Part shown: piece by piece, positions 35,620 through 50,178 of the stretch
Numbering within the stretch: position 1 is the first letter of the stretch
How the letters are laid out: each line of letters starts with the position of its first letter
NCBI GenBank assembly: GCA_958414825.1
Contig: CATYXQ010000003.1
Coordinates: forward strand, 3,689-67,688
Reading direction: 5' to 3'
DNA length: 64,000 nucleotides
Source: an uncultured Eubacteriales bacterium
GTDB taxonomy: Bacteria > Bacillota > Clostridia > Oscillospirales > CAG-272
Notes under the pieces: model-generated
What the model was told of the DNA's origin: nothing
What the model saw: the letters and a program-made list of their open reading frames with translations, nothing else
The model's database searches: none
Program-made: the position numbers and the translations under genes

Positions 35620-37038
35620 TTATTTCGTAAGCGTCGCCGTGCTGGTCGCGCCGTCCCAGGCAACTGTAGCGCCGAGCGCTTCCGCTACGAAACGAACCGG
35701 CAGATAGGTTCTCGAATTCTCGATGAACGCAGGCGCGTCAAGCGGCTTCTCAACGCCGTTGACCGTCGCCGTATTTGCGCCGATTGTAATTTTAATCTCG
35801 GTCGTGCCGCTCGTGAGCGTCGCCGTGCTGGTATTGCCGTCCCAAGCCACTGCGGCTCCGAGGTTTTCGGCAACAAAGCGAACCGGAAGCATCGTGCGAT
35901 CCTGACGGATGATCGGAGCGGCGTCAAGCGCTTTAGCAACACCGTTGACATAGCCGTTCATGTCGCCGATGGTCATTTTGATAACGGTACCGGGCTGACC
36001 GAAAGCGGTCACGGTGCCGAACGAATCGAGATATACATAGCTCTTCAGCCACTCGTCGGTGACGTTTTTCGCAGAGGAAAGGTCAAGCACAGTCGCGCCG
36101 TAGTTGAGGGCAACCGTACCAAACGCGCCGCCCGCCGTCAGGCCGTACCAAACAGCGTCCGAACCCCAGCCGGGCGCATTGAGCGTGAAATAATTTTCGG
36201 GAACCATATTTTCAGTGATCTTGACGTTCACATCGCAAGTATAGGTATGCTGCTCAGCGCCGCAGGCCGTGATAAACAGACCGACAGACCCGCCGTCGAG
36301 CGTGATGTTCGCCTTGCCGTTCGTTTCCGCCGCGGAGCCCCAGCGGTAGCATCCGAACACCTTTTTGACATCAGCCGTGCCGCCGATGGTCAGGTTAGCC
36401 GTGCCGGTATAGACCGCTTTTCCTTTTGCGCGGCCTACGTTTCTGCCAAGGCCGACAAGTTCAGCAAACGTACCCGAACGCAGCGTAACATGCGTATCCT
36501 TGGAATAATCTTCATCCGGTACGCCCACAACCTCATTGGTGTGCTCCATACCGCCGACAACAATAAACTCGGAGAAATTGTCCATCACGCAGCCCTCGTC
36601 AAACGTGAGTTCAAAGAAGCGCGCGGCCATAACAGCCGTCTTGCCGTCCGCGTTGTAGAGCGTCACATTCTTAAACACGGTATTGCCGGTGCAGAAGAAG
36701 CGCGCGCCCGAATTGAAAATCAGGCGGCCGCCGTTCTCGGACGTGATCGTGATCGTGCCGTTTGTCGCCGGCGCCGTAAACGAGGGCAGGGCGGCGTCAT
36801 AGTTGGCCGAGTTTTTCAGCGTATAGTCGCCGGAGAGCACAACCGTACCGCCGTTTGGCAATGCGGACATTGCGTCCGCAAGATCGCCGAGGGGCGCGGC
36901 AGCGCTTGAACCGTCGCCAATGCCGCCGTCTTTCAGATACACCGTATCCGCGGCGGACGCGGTCACGGCAAGCGCGGTCATGGCAAGCATGACGCAGAGC
37001 GCGGTCAGGAAAATTCTAAATTTTTTCATAAGTTCCAC
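35620..37038 (-). CDS. Secreted protein: one beta-helix-like module + two copper-amine-oxidase N-terminal-like (stalk) repeats
   Basis: 472 aa. Signal peptide. N-terminal module opening TVYLKDGGIGDGSSAAAPLGDLADAMSALPNGGTVVLSG is homologous to the modules of the giant proteins. The C-terminus has two repeats of the type MLPVRFVAENLGAAVAWDGNTSTATLT. Confidence 0.6.
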   Translation of the reverse strand: MELMKKFRIFLTALCVMLAMTALAVTASAADTVYLKDGGIGDGSSAAAPLGDLADAMSALPNGGTVVLSGDYTLKNSANYDAALPSFTAPATNGTITITSENGGRLIFNSGARFFCTGNTVFKNVTLYNADGKTAVMAARFFELTFDEGCVMDNFSEFIVVGGMEHTNEVVGVPDEDYSKDTHVTLRSGTFAELVGLGRNVGRAKGKAVYTGTANLTIGGTADVKKVFGCYRWGSAAETNGKANITLDGGSVGLFITACGAEQHTYTCDVNVKITENMVPENYFTLNAPGWGSDAVWYGLTAGGAFGTVALNYGATVLDLSSAKNVTDEWLKSYVYLDSFGTVTAFGQPGTVIKMTIGDMNGYVNGVAKALDAAPIIRQDRTMLPVRFVAENLGAAVAWDGNTSTATLTSGTTEIKITIGANTATVNGVEKPLDAPAFIENSRTYLPVRFVAEALGATVAWDGATSTATLTK

Positions 37039-37077
37039 CTTTCTTATCTGGAGACCCCCGAAAGCCGACGCGCCGCG

Positions 37078-38598
37078 TTACTGCGCCCAGACTTCAGCCG
37101 CCTCTTTGTATTTTTCGTTTACCTGTGCAAGCGCCGCAGTCGCGGCGTCCTTATAGGAATCAAACGTCGAAACGAAATCCGTGCTTCCCTTGCGGAAAAG
37201 GAAGATCAATTCCTTATTGATATTACCGGGCTGAACATAGAATCCGATGTCATAGGAACGGGTCTCGGCCATCAGTTCAAGGGTCGCCACGCTGTCCTCA
37301 TCGCGGAAATACTGGCCGGTCAGCGTCGTGTCGTAGTAAGCGCCGGTCATGTATTCCTTGCCGTAGTAGGCAAGCGCCTCCAAAACCGCGCCCGATTTTT
37401 CGGGATCGCCGGCCATAACGGGCACGCAGACAAAGGTCATATGATACGGGGAGGGCATGGAATAGTACTCTTCCTGGTCAATATCGTATTTCGGATAAGG
37501 CAGAATGCCGTAATCGGTTTCCATGTCGCGGTAGTTGTCAAGCGACTGAAGCCGTCCGAGGAAGAAGAGCGCGCGGTTGGTGGAGAACATCGTAATCGCT
37601 TCCGTAGACGTGTAGCGCTGATAGTTGATCGCATCGCCGCCGAAGCAGATGTTGGTGTATTTGGTCATGACGTCCACAATGCGCTCGCTGCCGGTCAGCG
37701 TCAGCGAAAGCTCGCCGTCGTCGCCTACCGTGACGACCTTTTCACCGCTGCCGCCGAACACCGCGTAGGTCGAGTCGTCCCAGGTGATGATGCCGAACTT
37801 GTCGGACATGTCGTATATGCCGTCCTGGTTGAGATCCTCAGTGACTTCCTTTGCATAGGCAGCCAGCGCTTCGAGCGTCCATTTGCCGTCCGCGACGACC
37901 GAATAGAAATCATCCTCAATATTATGATCCGCTTTCACCTGCTTGTTAAAGCCGACCACATTCTGCTGCATATCGTCCCAAACCGTGATGTCGCCGGTGG
38001 CAAAGAAGAGCACGTCGTGGATCTTCAGGTCGCTGTTGGCGCGCTGGTCCCACCAGGAATTGTTCAGGTGGAGCGACTCGATCGAGCCAAGCTCATACAA
38101 AGCGTCCGCCGTTGCCAGCGGAACGGCGTCATACGCCGCGATTATGGCCGCGTCATAGTCGGAACTGCCCGCAGTCGCGGCGGTGAGCAGCTTCTGATAG
38201 CCCTGATTGTTGCCGCCCATGTCCTCAATCACATTCAGATGAATGCCGTACAGTTCCTCCACGGCGGCGTTTTTCCGGTAAACGGCCTCTTCAAGCTGCG
38301 TTTTCTCATAGCCCTCGTCCAGCGCCGAGAAATCCTTGAACTCGACGTTGCCGTCCGGCGCCTTTCCCGAAATCAAAAGATTGAAGTCGCCCTCATACTT
38401 TTGCTCTACCGGGGTGAACACGTCCACGGGGTCGGTCGCCTCCGTCGTATCCTCCGACGAGACCGGTGCCGTGTCCGAAACCGGATCGGAGCCGCCGGTG
38501 TTTTGCGGATCCTTTTCGCCGCAGGCAAACAGCGCCATGGTGCTGAGCAGCATCGCCGCGCACAGCGCAAGGGTCGTTGCTTTTTTCATGTTGAACAT
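37078..38598 (-). CDS. Extracellular solute-binding lipoprotein (ABC transporter SBP, family 1, large LplA-like type)
   Basis: Lipobox ALFAC after a signal peptide (MFNMKKATTLALCAAMLLSTMALFACGEKD). About 500 aa SBP layout. Start chosen at the ATG preceded by GAAAGGAAA (track ORF starts at 38622). Confidence 0.7.
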   Translation of the reverse strand: MFNMKKATTLALCAAMLLSTMALFACGEKDPQNTGGSDPVSDTAPVSSEDTTEATDPVDVFTPVEQKYEGDFNLLISGKAPDGNVEFKDFSALDEGYEKTQLEEAVYRKNAAVEELYGIHLNVIEDMGGNNQGYQKLLTAATAGSSDYDAAIIAAYDAVPLATADALYELGSIESLHLNNSWWDQRANSDLKIHDVLFFATGDITVWDDMQQNVVGFNKQVKADHNIEDDFYSVVADGKWTLEALAAYAKEVTEDLNQDGIYDMSDKFGIITWDDSTYAVFGGSGEKVVTVGDDGELSLTLTGSERIVDVMTKYTNICFGGDAINYQRYTSTEAITMFSTNRALFFLGRLQSLDNYRDMETDYGILPYPKYDIDQEEYYSMPSPYHMTFVCVPVMAGDPEKSGAVLEALAYYGKEYMTGAYYDTTLTGQYFRDEDSVATLELMAETRSYDIGFYVQPGNINKELIFLFRKGSTDFVSTFDSYKDAATAALAQVNEKYKEAAEVWAQ

Positions 38599-38806
38599 AA
38601 CGCATTTCCTTTCTATAAACACTATAAAAATTTGGTTTTAGCCTTTGTGTAAACTAATCATAACAGTCCGAAGCGCGCATACAACAGCGTAATTTGTGTG
38701 AAATGATATGCATAATGTTGTTTCGTGCAAAAAATATAGATTTTTCTTCTGATATTTAGGCCGCATTTGAAATTTTTTGCACGCTTTTTTGTCTGTATTG
38801 CACAAA

Positions 38807-39607
38807 TCAGGGAATCAGCCCCGCGTGGGTCATAATCATTTCCCGGTACCTGCTCGGCGCCACGCCGAAATGTTTTTTGAACATCCGGGAAAAATTGACA
38901 ATATCGCTGTAGCCGGTATAATAAGCCGCGGCCGCGACCGAATCTTCCCCCAGCGCCAACCGGTGCGCCGCGCGCTCCAGACGGTAATCGTTCAGATACT
39001 GCTGCGGCGAAACGCCGGTGTATTTGCGGAACAGCGTGCTGAAATAGCTGCGGTCAAGATTCAACTCCCGCGCGATGTCGGTCACGTGGATTCCGGTCAT
39101 ATAATTTTGTTCGATATACCGCTTGGCTTTGATTACATACGGATTCTGGCGGCTCTGCCGGCCGGCTTCAAGCCGACGCAGCGCGCTCATCAGTTCCCAT
39201 ATTTTCCCGCTCAGATACTCCTCTTTCCCAGCTTCCAGATGCGCCGCTTCCAAAATCTCCGAGAAAATCCGCCCGCAGTCGGGCGCGGTAATCACATCGG
39301 TGCCGAGAATCTGCGGCAGATCGACGTCGCTGTCAAAGCAGATCCACATATAATGCCACGGATCGGCGTCGTCCGCGCGGTACTCGTGCGTCTGGTGCGG
39401 ATGGATCACAAAAATCTGCGCGGGTTTGACGTCATAGGAAGCGCCGCCCGTAAAAAACCGCCCCTTGCCCGCAACAACAAAATGTAAAACCCAATAAGGC
39501 CGCGGCACGTTCACCGAAAATCCAGGCTCGCATTTTTGCTGTCCGTAGCTGACCGGATTCAGTCCCGGCAGCCGTTTTTCGGTCAGTTTGTATTCCTCTC
39601 TGAGCAA
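38807..39607 (-). CDS. AraC family transcriptional regulator (cupin + HTH)
   Basis: 266 aa. C-terminal AraC HTH pair (IHVTDIARELNLDRSYFSTLFRKYTGVSPQQY ... YYTGYSDIVNFSRMFKKHFGVAPSRYR). TTG start with a GGGAGGG RBS. Confidence 0.8.
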   Translation of the reverse strand: MLREEYKLTEKRLPGLNPVSYGQQKCEPGFSVNVPRPYWVLHFVVAGKGRFFTGGASYDVKPAQIFVIHPHQTHEYRADDADPWHYMWICFDSDVDLPQILGTDVITAPDCGRIFSEILEAAHLEAGKEEYLSGKIWELMSALRRLEAGRQSRQNPYVIKAKRYIEQNYMTGIHVTDIARELNLDRSYFSTLFRKYTGVSPQQYLNDYRLERAAHRLALGEDSVAAAAYYTGYSDIVNFSRMFKKHFGVAPSRYREMIMTHAGLIP

Positions 39608-40057
39608 TCCTGTCCCTCCCGCGTCTGCGCCGAATTTAAATTCACCCGTTTTTACGCTTGACTTGCCGTCCCGCTCCTCTTTCTATTACAGTAACAAAAA
39701 CGATGCGATCTTGCAAGACAAATCGAAGCATAAAAACAGACAAAAATTACGATTTTCGGGCGTTTTTGTATAGATATGCCAAAAAAATAGAATGTTTATT
39801 GGAATGTATGCACAAAATCTATGGCTGTACATTCCGGAAAAACCGCAGTCCGAACATACATGCGCCCCGCCGTCTGTGCGCGTCTTTCTGCATTCATTGT
39901 ACAAAATTTTACAAATCCGCGCAAGAAAAACTTTTGAAATTTCCCGCAAACGCGCCATCCAAAATATGGAAAACGCGAAACGCTTCCGCAAACAGGACCG
40001 CTTTTCGGGACGGAGAGAACCGTATATTCGACGACTCTGGCTTTCGCCGCCGTTCCC

Positions 40058-45248
<5,191 letters not shown>

Positions 45249-45473
45249 AAACCCCCAAAATGTTGTGTTCTTTTTTGTATAAAATGCATAAAAGCAGGTG
45301 AACTTTTATAGTCTAATTATAGAATCAGGCCGCATTTCTGTCAATAACCGGATGCAAGAAACAATAAAAAGCGCAAAATCAGACAACATTATGCATGGTA
45401 TGGGTTGACCGCATGTTGGGGATATAGCGAAGAAAAGCGAGGGTTCCGCGCGGAGCGAAAAAATCCGCATTCG

Positions 45474-45515
45474 CAGACAAAAGCGCCCCGCAGCGGATTT
45501 ACCGCTGCGGGGCGC
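45474..45515 (-). terminator. Intrinsic terminator after LUD-domain gene
   Basis: 14-bp GC-rich stem GCGCCCCGCAGCGG/CCGCTGCGGGGCGC, followed on the minus strand by TTTTGT. Confidence 0.75.
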
Positions 45516-45577
45516 CTGACCATCATAGAAATCTATATACGAAATAAAAGCAAAATGGAAACTTTTGAAAGGCTGTA

Positions 45578-46219
45578 TCAAAAGCCGAGATTTTCATTGA
45601 CTAAAATCACCGTGACGCGTCCCTTTTCGTGACAGCGGCGGGAAACCACGATGTTTGAGCAGATACAGCGCTCGGACAGGCAGTCGTGACAAACGCCGTC
45701 TGCCAAGCAGGGCGTTCCGGCGCCCTCAAAGCGCTGCGCGTTGACCGGCGCGGCATAGCCGCGCGCACGGGCAAGCGCGCTTTCCTCGGTGTGGCAGATT
45801 TTGTTCGCCCCGGCGACAATCAACACCCGGTCGGGGCCGTAGATCATGGCGGCGACGCGGTTTCCGTTGCCGTCGATGTTATACAGAACGCCGTTTTCGC
45901 TGATGGCGTTGGCGCTCATCAAAAACACGTCGGCGGTCAGCCCGCGGCGCATAAGCGCTTTTCTCTCCTCAGGCGTTTTCGCCCGTTCACGGTCGATAAG
46001 CCCCGCGTATCCCCCGCGAAGCGCGTCCAAAAGGCCGATCTGGGACAGGGTCGCGCTGCCGCCGAACGCAATCGTATCCGCCGCTCCGATACGCGCAAGC
46101 GCAGCGGCGCAGGCTTCCCCGCGCGTCTCACAGACCAGCGCCTCGTAGCGGCGGCGCCGGAGATTCTCCGCCGTGCGTTCCAGCATCTTTCGGTTGCGGA
46201 TTTTTTCAAATTCGTTCAT
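45578..46219 (-). CDS. LUD (lactate utilisation, DUF162) domain protein
   Basis: 213 aa. Pattern TIAFGGSATL ... VFLMSANAISENGVLYNIDGNGNRV typical of LutC/YkgG-like LUD domains. C-terminal Cys-rich tail. 4-nt overlap with the upstream regulator gene. Confidence 0.65.
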   Translation of the reverse strand: MNEFEKIRNRKMLERTAENLRRRRYEALVCETRGEACAAALARIGAADTIAFGGSATLSQIGLLDALRGGYAGLIDRERAKTPEERKALMRRGLTADVFLMSANAISENGVLYNIDGNGNRVAAMIYGPDRVLIVAGANKICHTEESALARARGYAAPVNAQRFEGAGTPCLADGVCHDCLSERCICSNIVVSRRCHEKGRVTVILVNENLGF

Positions 46220-47364
46220 TTCTCTAAAATCCTTTCGATAGAATCTTTATCAATATACGGCGCAAGCAGTGAAACAAGCTCGCCTCTTTTCTGACAGCCG
46301 GTCAGGCGGCACATCCGCTTGATGCGGTAGGAAATGACGTTTTCCGAGGTGTACAGCCGCTCCGCAATGCACGGATAGGTCTCCTCCCCAAGAATGCCCT
46401 CCAGAATACCGAAATCCAGTTCGTCGCAGTCCGAAAGCAGCGTCTCCGCCCGAAAAATGCACTGCGCCGCCGGATCGTCGTAAAATTCCACATCCGGAAC
46501 CTGCTGCAAAAAAGAGGAAAACGCATCGGCGTCCGACGCGGGCTGCCGTGCGCCGGTAGACGCGCGCACCACCAACTTTGCGTCCACCTTGACGGTGAGC
46601 GAAATGTCGCCCGGATTCTTGTACAGATAGGCGTAGGCCAGCACTGCCTGCCGTCCGAGCGTTGCATGATCCACTGTGACGGTGGTGATCGTCGGACGGC
46701 TAAGCGAGGCCAAAAGGCTTGAACCGAAGCTGACCGCATACAAATCGTCCGGCACCGAGACGCCCGCCTTTTGCAGATGGCTGACCAGCGAAAGCGCAAC
46801 CACGTCGTTTGCGCAGATGACCGCGTCATAACACGCGCGGTTTTCAAAAAAGCGGGCGAAGCAGCCGGTCAGCGACGCATAATTATAGTAGATGTCACGC
46901 GCGGGATTTTTGCCTTCGCGGCCAAGGTATTCGCGAAAAAAGCCGTCCTTAATCATATCGGTGGCCGAGTTTGGATTGACGCCGTAGAGCGCAAAATCCG
47001 AGCGACCTGACGCAAGCAGATAATTGATGATTTTCCGCATACCGTCCCGATAGTCAAGCAGGATTTTGGAATAGCGGCCGGAGAGCACCGAGGACTCGTA
47101 ATTGATAAAAATACCGTGTACGCCGCATTCGGAAAAGCGCGAAAGCAGGCGCGGCGTAATCGCGACCGACGCGCCGACGTAAATCAGCAGCCGGCGCTCG
47201 CCCGTCTCATAGATCTCGTCGAAATTCAGCGCCGTCGGGTCGGGCGCGTCCAAAAACACGGGCGTATACCGTTTCTGCATGATTTCGGACGAAATCGCGC
47301 GCACAGCCTGCTTCGTCCAGAGCGTGTCCGCTGTTTTCGGGGAAACGTAAACTCTCACTTTCAT
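46216..47364 (-). CDS. Regulator-like protein: LacI-type sugar-binding domain (no N-terminal HTH) + C-terminal LuxR/GerE-like HTH
   Basis: 382 aa. Periplasmic-binding-fold region (AVICANDVVALSLVSHLQKAGVSVPDDLYAVSFGSS). C-terminal segment IAERLYTSENVISYRIKRMCRLTG resembles a GerE-type recognition helix. Confidence 0.5.
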   Translation of the reverse strand: MKVRVYVSPKTADTLWTKQAVRAISSEIMQKRYTPVFLDAPDPTALNFDEIYETGERRLLIYVGASVAITPRLLSRFSECGVHGIFINYESSVLSGRYSKILLDYRDGMRKIINYLLASGRSDFALYGVNPNSATDMIKDGFFREYLGREGKNPARDIYYNYASLTGCFARFFENRACYDAVICANDVVALSLVSHLQKAGVSVPDDLYAVSFGSSLLASLSRPTITTVTVDHATLGRQAVLAYAYLYKNPGDISLTVKVDAKLVVRASTGARQPASDADAFSSFLQQVPDVEFYDDPAAQCIFRAETLLSDCDELDFGILEGILGEETYPCIAERLYTSENVISYRIKRMCRLTGCQKRGELVSLLAPYIDKDSIERILEK

Positions 47365-47476
47365 GGGAAATACCCTCCACTCGGTCCATCCGCCAAAAAA
47401 GGACGTTCAAGGCGGCTGCGCCGCCTTGAATCTATGTAGATTCTATTTCGGACTGTTTTCAAAACAGCGCCGATTC

Positions 47477-48835
47477 TCAGTTCTTGAGCGAATGAATCGG
47501 CGCGGGAATGCGGCCTCCGCGCGCGATAAATTTCTCACAGGAAACCTCAGAAACGCGCATGACCGGCGCATGGCCGAGCAGACCGCCGAACTCAACCCGG
47601 TCGCCCACCTTGGTGCCCGGCGCGGGAATGACGCGCACAGCCGTAGTCTTGTTGTTGACCATGCCGATGGCAATCTCGTCCGCGATAATGCCGCTGATCG
47701 TCTCGGCGCTCGTATCGCCGGGGATGCAGATCATATCCAAGCCAACCGAGCAAACCGCGGTCATAGCCTCCAGCTTTTCAAGCGACAGAACGCCGCACTC
47801 GGCCGCGGCAATCATGCCCGCGTCCTCGCTGACCGGAATAAACGCGCCCGAAAGACCGCCGACATGACTCGACGCCATAACGCCGCCCTTTTTCACCGCG
47901 TCGTTGAGCAGGGCAAGCGCCGCCGTCGTGCCGCAGCCGCCGCAGCGCTCAAGCCCCATCGCCTCCAGAATATTCGCCACGCTGTCCCCAACCGCCGGCG
48001 TCGGCGCAAGCGACAGATCCACAATGCCGTAGGGCACGTCCAACCTGCGGGAAGCCTCATACGCGATCAACTGACCGACGCGCGTGATTTTGAACGCCGT
48101 CTTTTTGATAACGTCGGCAAGCGCGGAAAAATCGCAGTCGCCCGCGCGGCGGACCGCTTTTTCCACAACGCCGGGACCGCTGACGCCGACGTTAATCACG
48201 CAGTCGCCCTCTCCCGTGCCGTGAAACGCGCCCGCCATAAACGGATTGTCGTCCACCGCGTTGGCAAATACGACAAACTTTGCGCAGCCTATGGCGTCGC
48301 GGTCGGCGGTGCGCGCGGCGGTCTCCTTTACCGTGCGACCCATGCGCGCGACCGCGTCCATATTGATCCCCGCGCGGGTCGAACCGACGTTGACCGACGA
48401 GCAGACAAGCTCAGTCTCGGCCAGCGCCTCGGGAATCGCCTCGATCATGCGGTCCGCGCCGCCGGTCATGCCCTTCTGCACAAGCGCGGAAAAGCCGCCG
48501 ATAAAGTTGACGCCGAGCGCGCGCGCCGCGCGGTCGAGCGTTTTGGCGACGCGGACATATTCTTCAGGTGAGCACCGCCCGCCGATACAGGATACCGGCG
48601 TGACCGAAATACGCTTGTTGACGATCGGCACGCCGTACAGCTTTTCCAGCTTCTCGCACTCGGAAACCAGGTTCGCCGCGCGGCGGGTGATCTTGTCGTA
48701 AATATTCCGGCAAAGGCGGTCGCAGTCGTCCGAAACGCAGTCATAGAGCGAAATGCCCATTGTGACCGTGCGCACGTCCAAATTCTCCTGCCGGATCATA
48801 TTGATGGTTTCAAGAATATCTGCAGTATTAATCAT
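47477..48835 (-). CDS. UPF0210 (DUF711) family protein
   Basis: 452 aa. N-terminus [24 protein letters not shown] is characteristic of UPF0210. Paired with an upstream ACT-domain gene, as in many Firmicutes. Confidence 0.8.
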   Translation of the reverse strand: MINTADILETINMIRQENLDVRTVTMGISLYDCVSDDCDRLCRNIYDKITRRAANLVSECEKLEKLYGVPIVNKRISVTPVSCIGGRCSPEEYVRVAKTLDRAARALGVNFIGGFSALVQKGMTGGADRMIEAIPEALAETELVCSSVNVGSTRAGINMDAVARMGRTVKETAARTADRDAIGCAKFVVFANAVDDNPFMAGAFHGTGEGDCVINVGVSGPGVVEKAVRRAGDCDFSALADVIKKTAFKITRVGQLIAYEASRRLDVPYGIVDLSLAPTPAVGDSVANILEAMGLERCGGCGTTAALALLNDAVKKGGVMASSHVGGLSGAFIPVSEDAGMIAAAECGVLSLEKLEAMTAVCSVGLDMICIPGDTSAETISGIIADEIAIGMVNNKTTAVRVIPAPGTKVGDRVEFGGLLGHAPVMRVSEVSCEKFIARGGRIPAPIHSLKN

Positions 48836-48847
48836 CAGGCGCTCTCC

Positions 48848-49132
48848 TCATACCGAATGCATACAGTCGAAAATATCCTCGTGCATACAGCGGATTTCCA
48901 GTCCGGCGTCGCTGCCGAGCGCGGCCAATGCATCCGCAAACACGGAAAAATCGCCGGTCAGTCCGTCGATCTGTGCAACCATAATCATGGCGAAATACTT
49001 GTCCAGCACGCTCTGGGTGATCTCGGTAATATTTGCGCCGTACTCCGCGCATTTTGCACTGACTTTTGCGATGATGCCGACCTGATCCCGGCCAATCACT
49101 GTGATTACAGCTTTAATTTCAATCAACCTCAT
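48848..49132 (-). CDS. ACT domain protein (UPF0237 family)
   Basis: 94 aa. AVITVIGRDQVGIIAKVS ACT motif. Conserved partner of UPF0210. Confidence 0.8.
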   Translation of the reverse strand: MRLIEIKAVITVIGRDQVGIIAKVSAKCAEYGANITEITQSVLDKYFAMIMVAQIDGLTGDFSVFADALAALGSDAGLEIRCMHEDIFDCMHSV

Positions 49133-49283
49133 TTCAAAAAAATTCGATGCGTCCGCGCCGGCGCGCCGCCTTTTTCGGCTCTGCGGCGGCCGGAGAGGAT
49201 GCCCATTCTTCGGATTCCGCGTATTATGATACTATAAATTGCTTCCGGATTCAAGAGATTCGGCGATAATTCGAGAAAAATAA

Positions 49284-49312
49284 TTGAAATTTACAGGCGC
49301 GTGTGCTATACT
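49284..49312 (+). promoter_or_regulatory. sigmaA-type promoter for 49428-49967
   Basis: TTGAAA, 17-nt spacer ending TGc, TATACT. Coordinates are approximate to +/-1. Confidence 0.5.
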
Positions 49313-49427
49313 GAATTGATATAAACCCCGGAAAACGTGAAAAACCGAAGCCGAACATCAATGCCGGGGCCGATCCGTACCGCCGCGCACGCGCGGGTTC
49401 GGTGAAAAAATGCCCGGAGGTAACAAA

Positions 49428-49967
49428 ATGTACGAGTATGATTTTTGCGAATACGCCGTGCGGAAAAAGGTCGAGGGCGCCTACCTCGCCGCGCTGTGCG
49501 CAGCGGCGGCGGCAGTTCTGCTTTTCGCCGCAGTCTTTTTTCTTTTTCTTCTGCCCGCCCTCGGTATGCTCTGGTCGGCCTTGATTCTCACGGCGGTCGG
49601 CGCGCTCCTCTGGTATCTCTCCAGATTTACGGCTATTGAATACGAATACACGCTGACCGGATCGATTTTCGACGCGGCGGCCGTCTACAACCGACAGTAC
49701 CGCCGGGAAAAGCTGTCGGTGGATCTGAAAAAATCCGCGCGCCAGTGCGCGCCGTATCAAAACGGCCGATTTGAGGGCGGCGTGACCCCGAAGAAAATCC
49801 ACGATCTGCGCTCCTCCAGGCGCTCGGACTGCGCCTATGCGCTCGTCTATGAAGCGGAGCACGGCTGCGAGGCGCTTTTGTTTGACGCGAGCGCGCGCAT
49901 GATCGACTGCATCCGGCGCGTGATCCCCTCTGTAACGGTGCGCTCGGACAACCTGCCGGAGCTTTAA
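49428..49967 (+). CDS. Hypothetical membrane protein (two TM segments)
   Basis: Start at MYEYDF preceded by GGAGGT (track ORF starts 18 nt earlier). Two hydrophobic segments, then a soluble C-terminal domain. No family recognised. Confidence 0.5.
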   Translation: MYEYDFCEYAVRKKVEGAYLAALCAAAAAVLLFAAVFFLFLLPALGMLWSALILTAVGALLWYLSRFTAIEYEYTLTGSIFDAAAVYNRQYRREKLSVDLKKSARQCAPYQNGRFEGGVTPKKIHDLRSSRRSDCAYALVYEAEHGCEALLFDASARMIDCIRRVIPSVTVRSDNLPEL

Positions 49968-50178
49968 AACGGTTTTCAGACGCGGCGCGGCAAGGACGGC
50001 GCATACAATCCCCAAACGGTACGCGAGGGCCGACTGCGGACGGTGCAAAAAGCCGCCCCCGCCCGAAAGCCCTTCGGTTAAAGCCGCGTCCCCGCATGTT
50101 TCAGGCATACTTTTCATATCCTGTATAATAAACTGCAAAAGCGCCGGAACCCCGGCGCCGCTATACGGGAGGTTCTGT

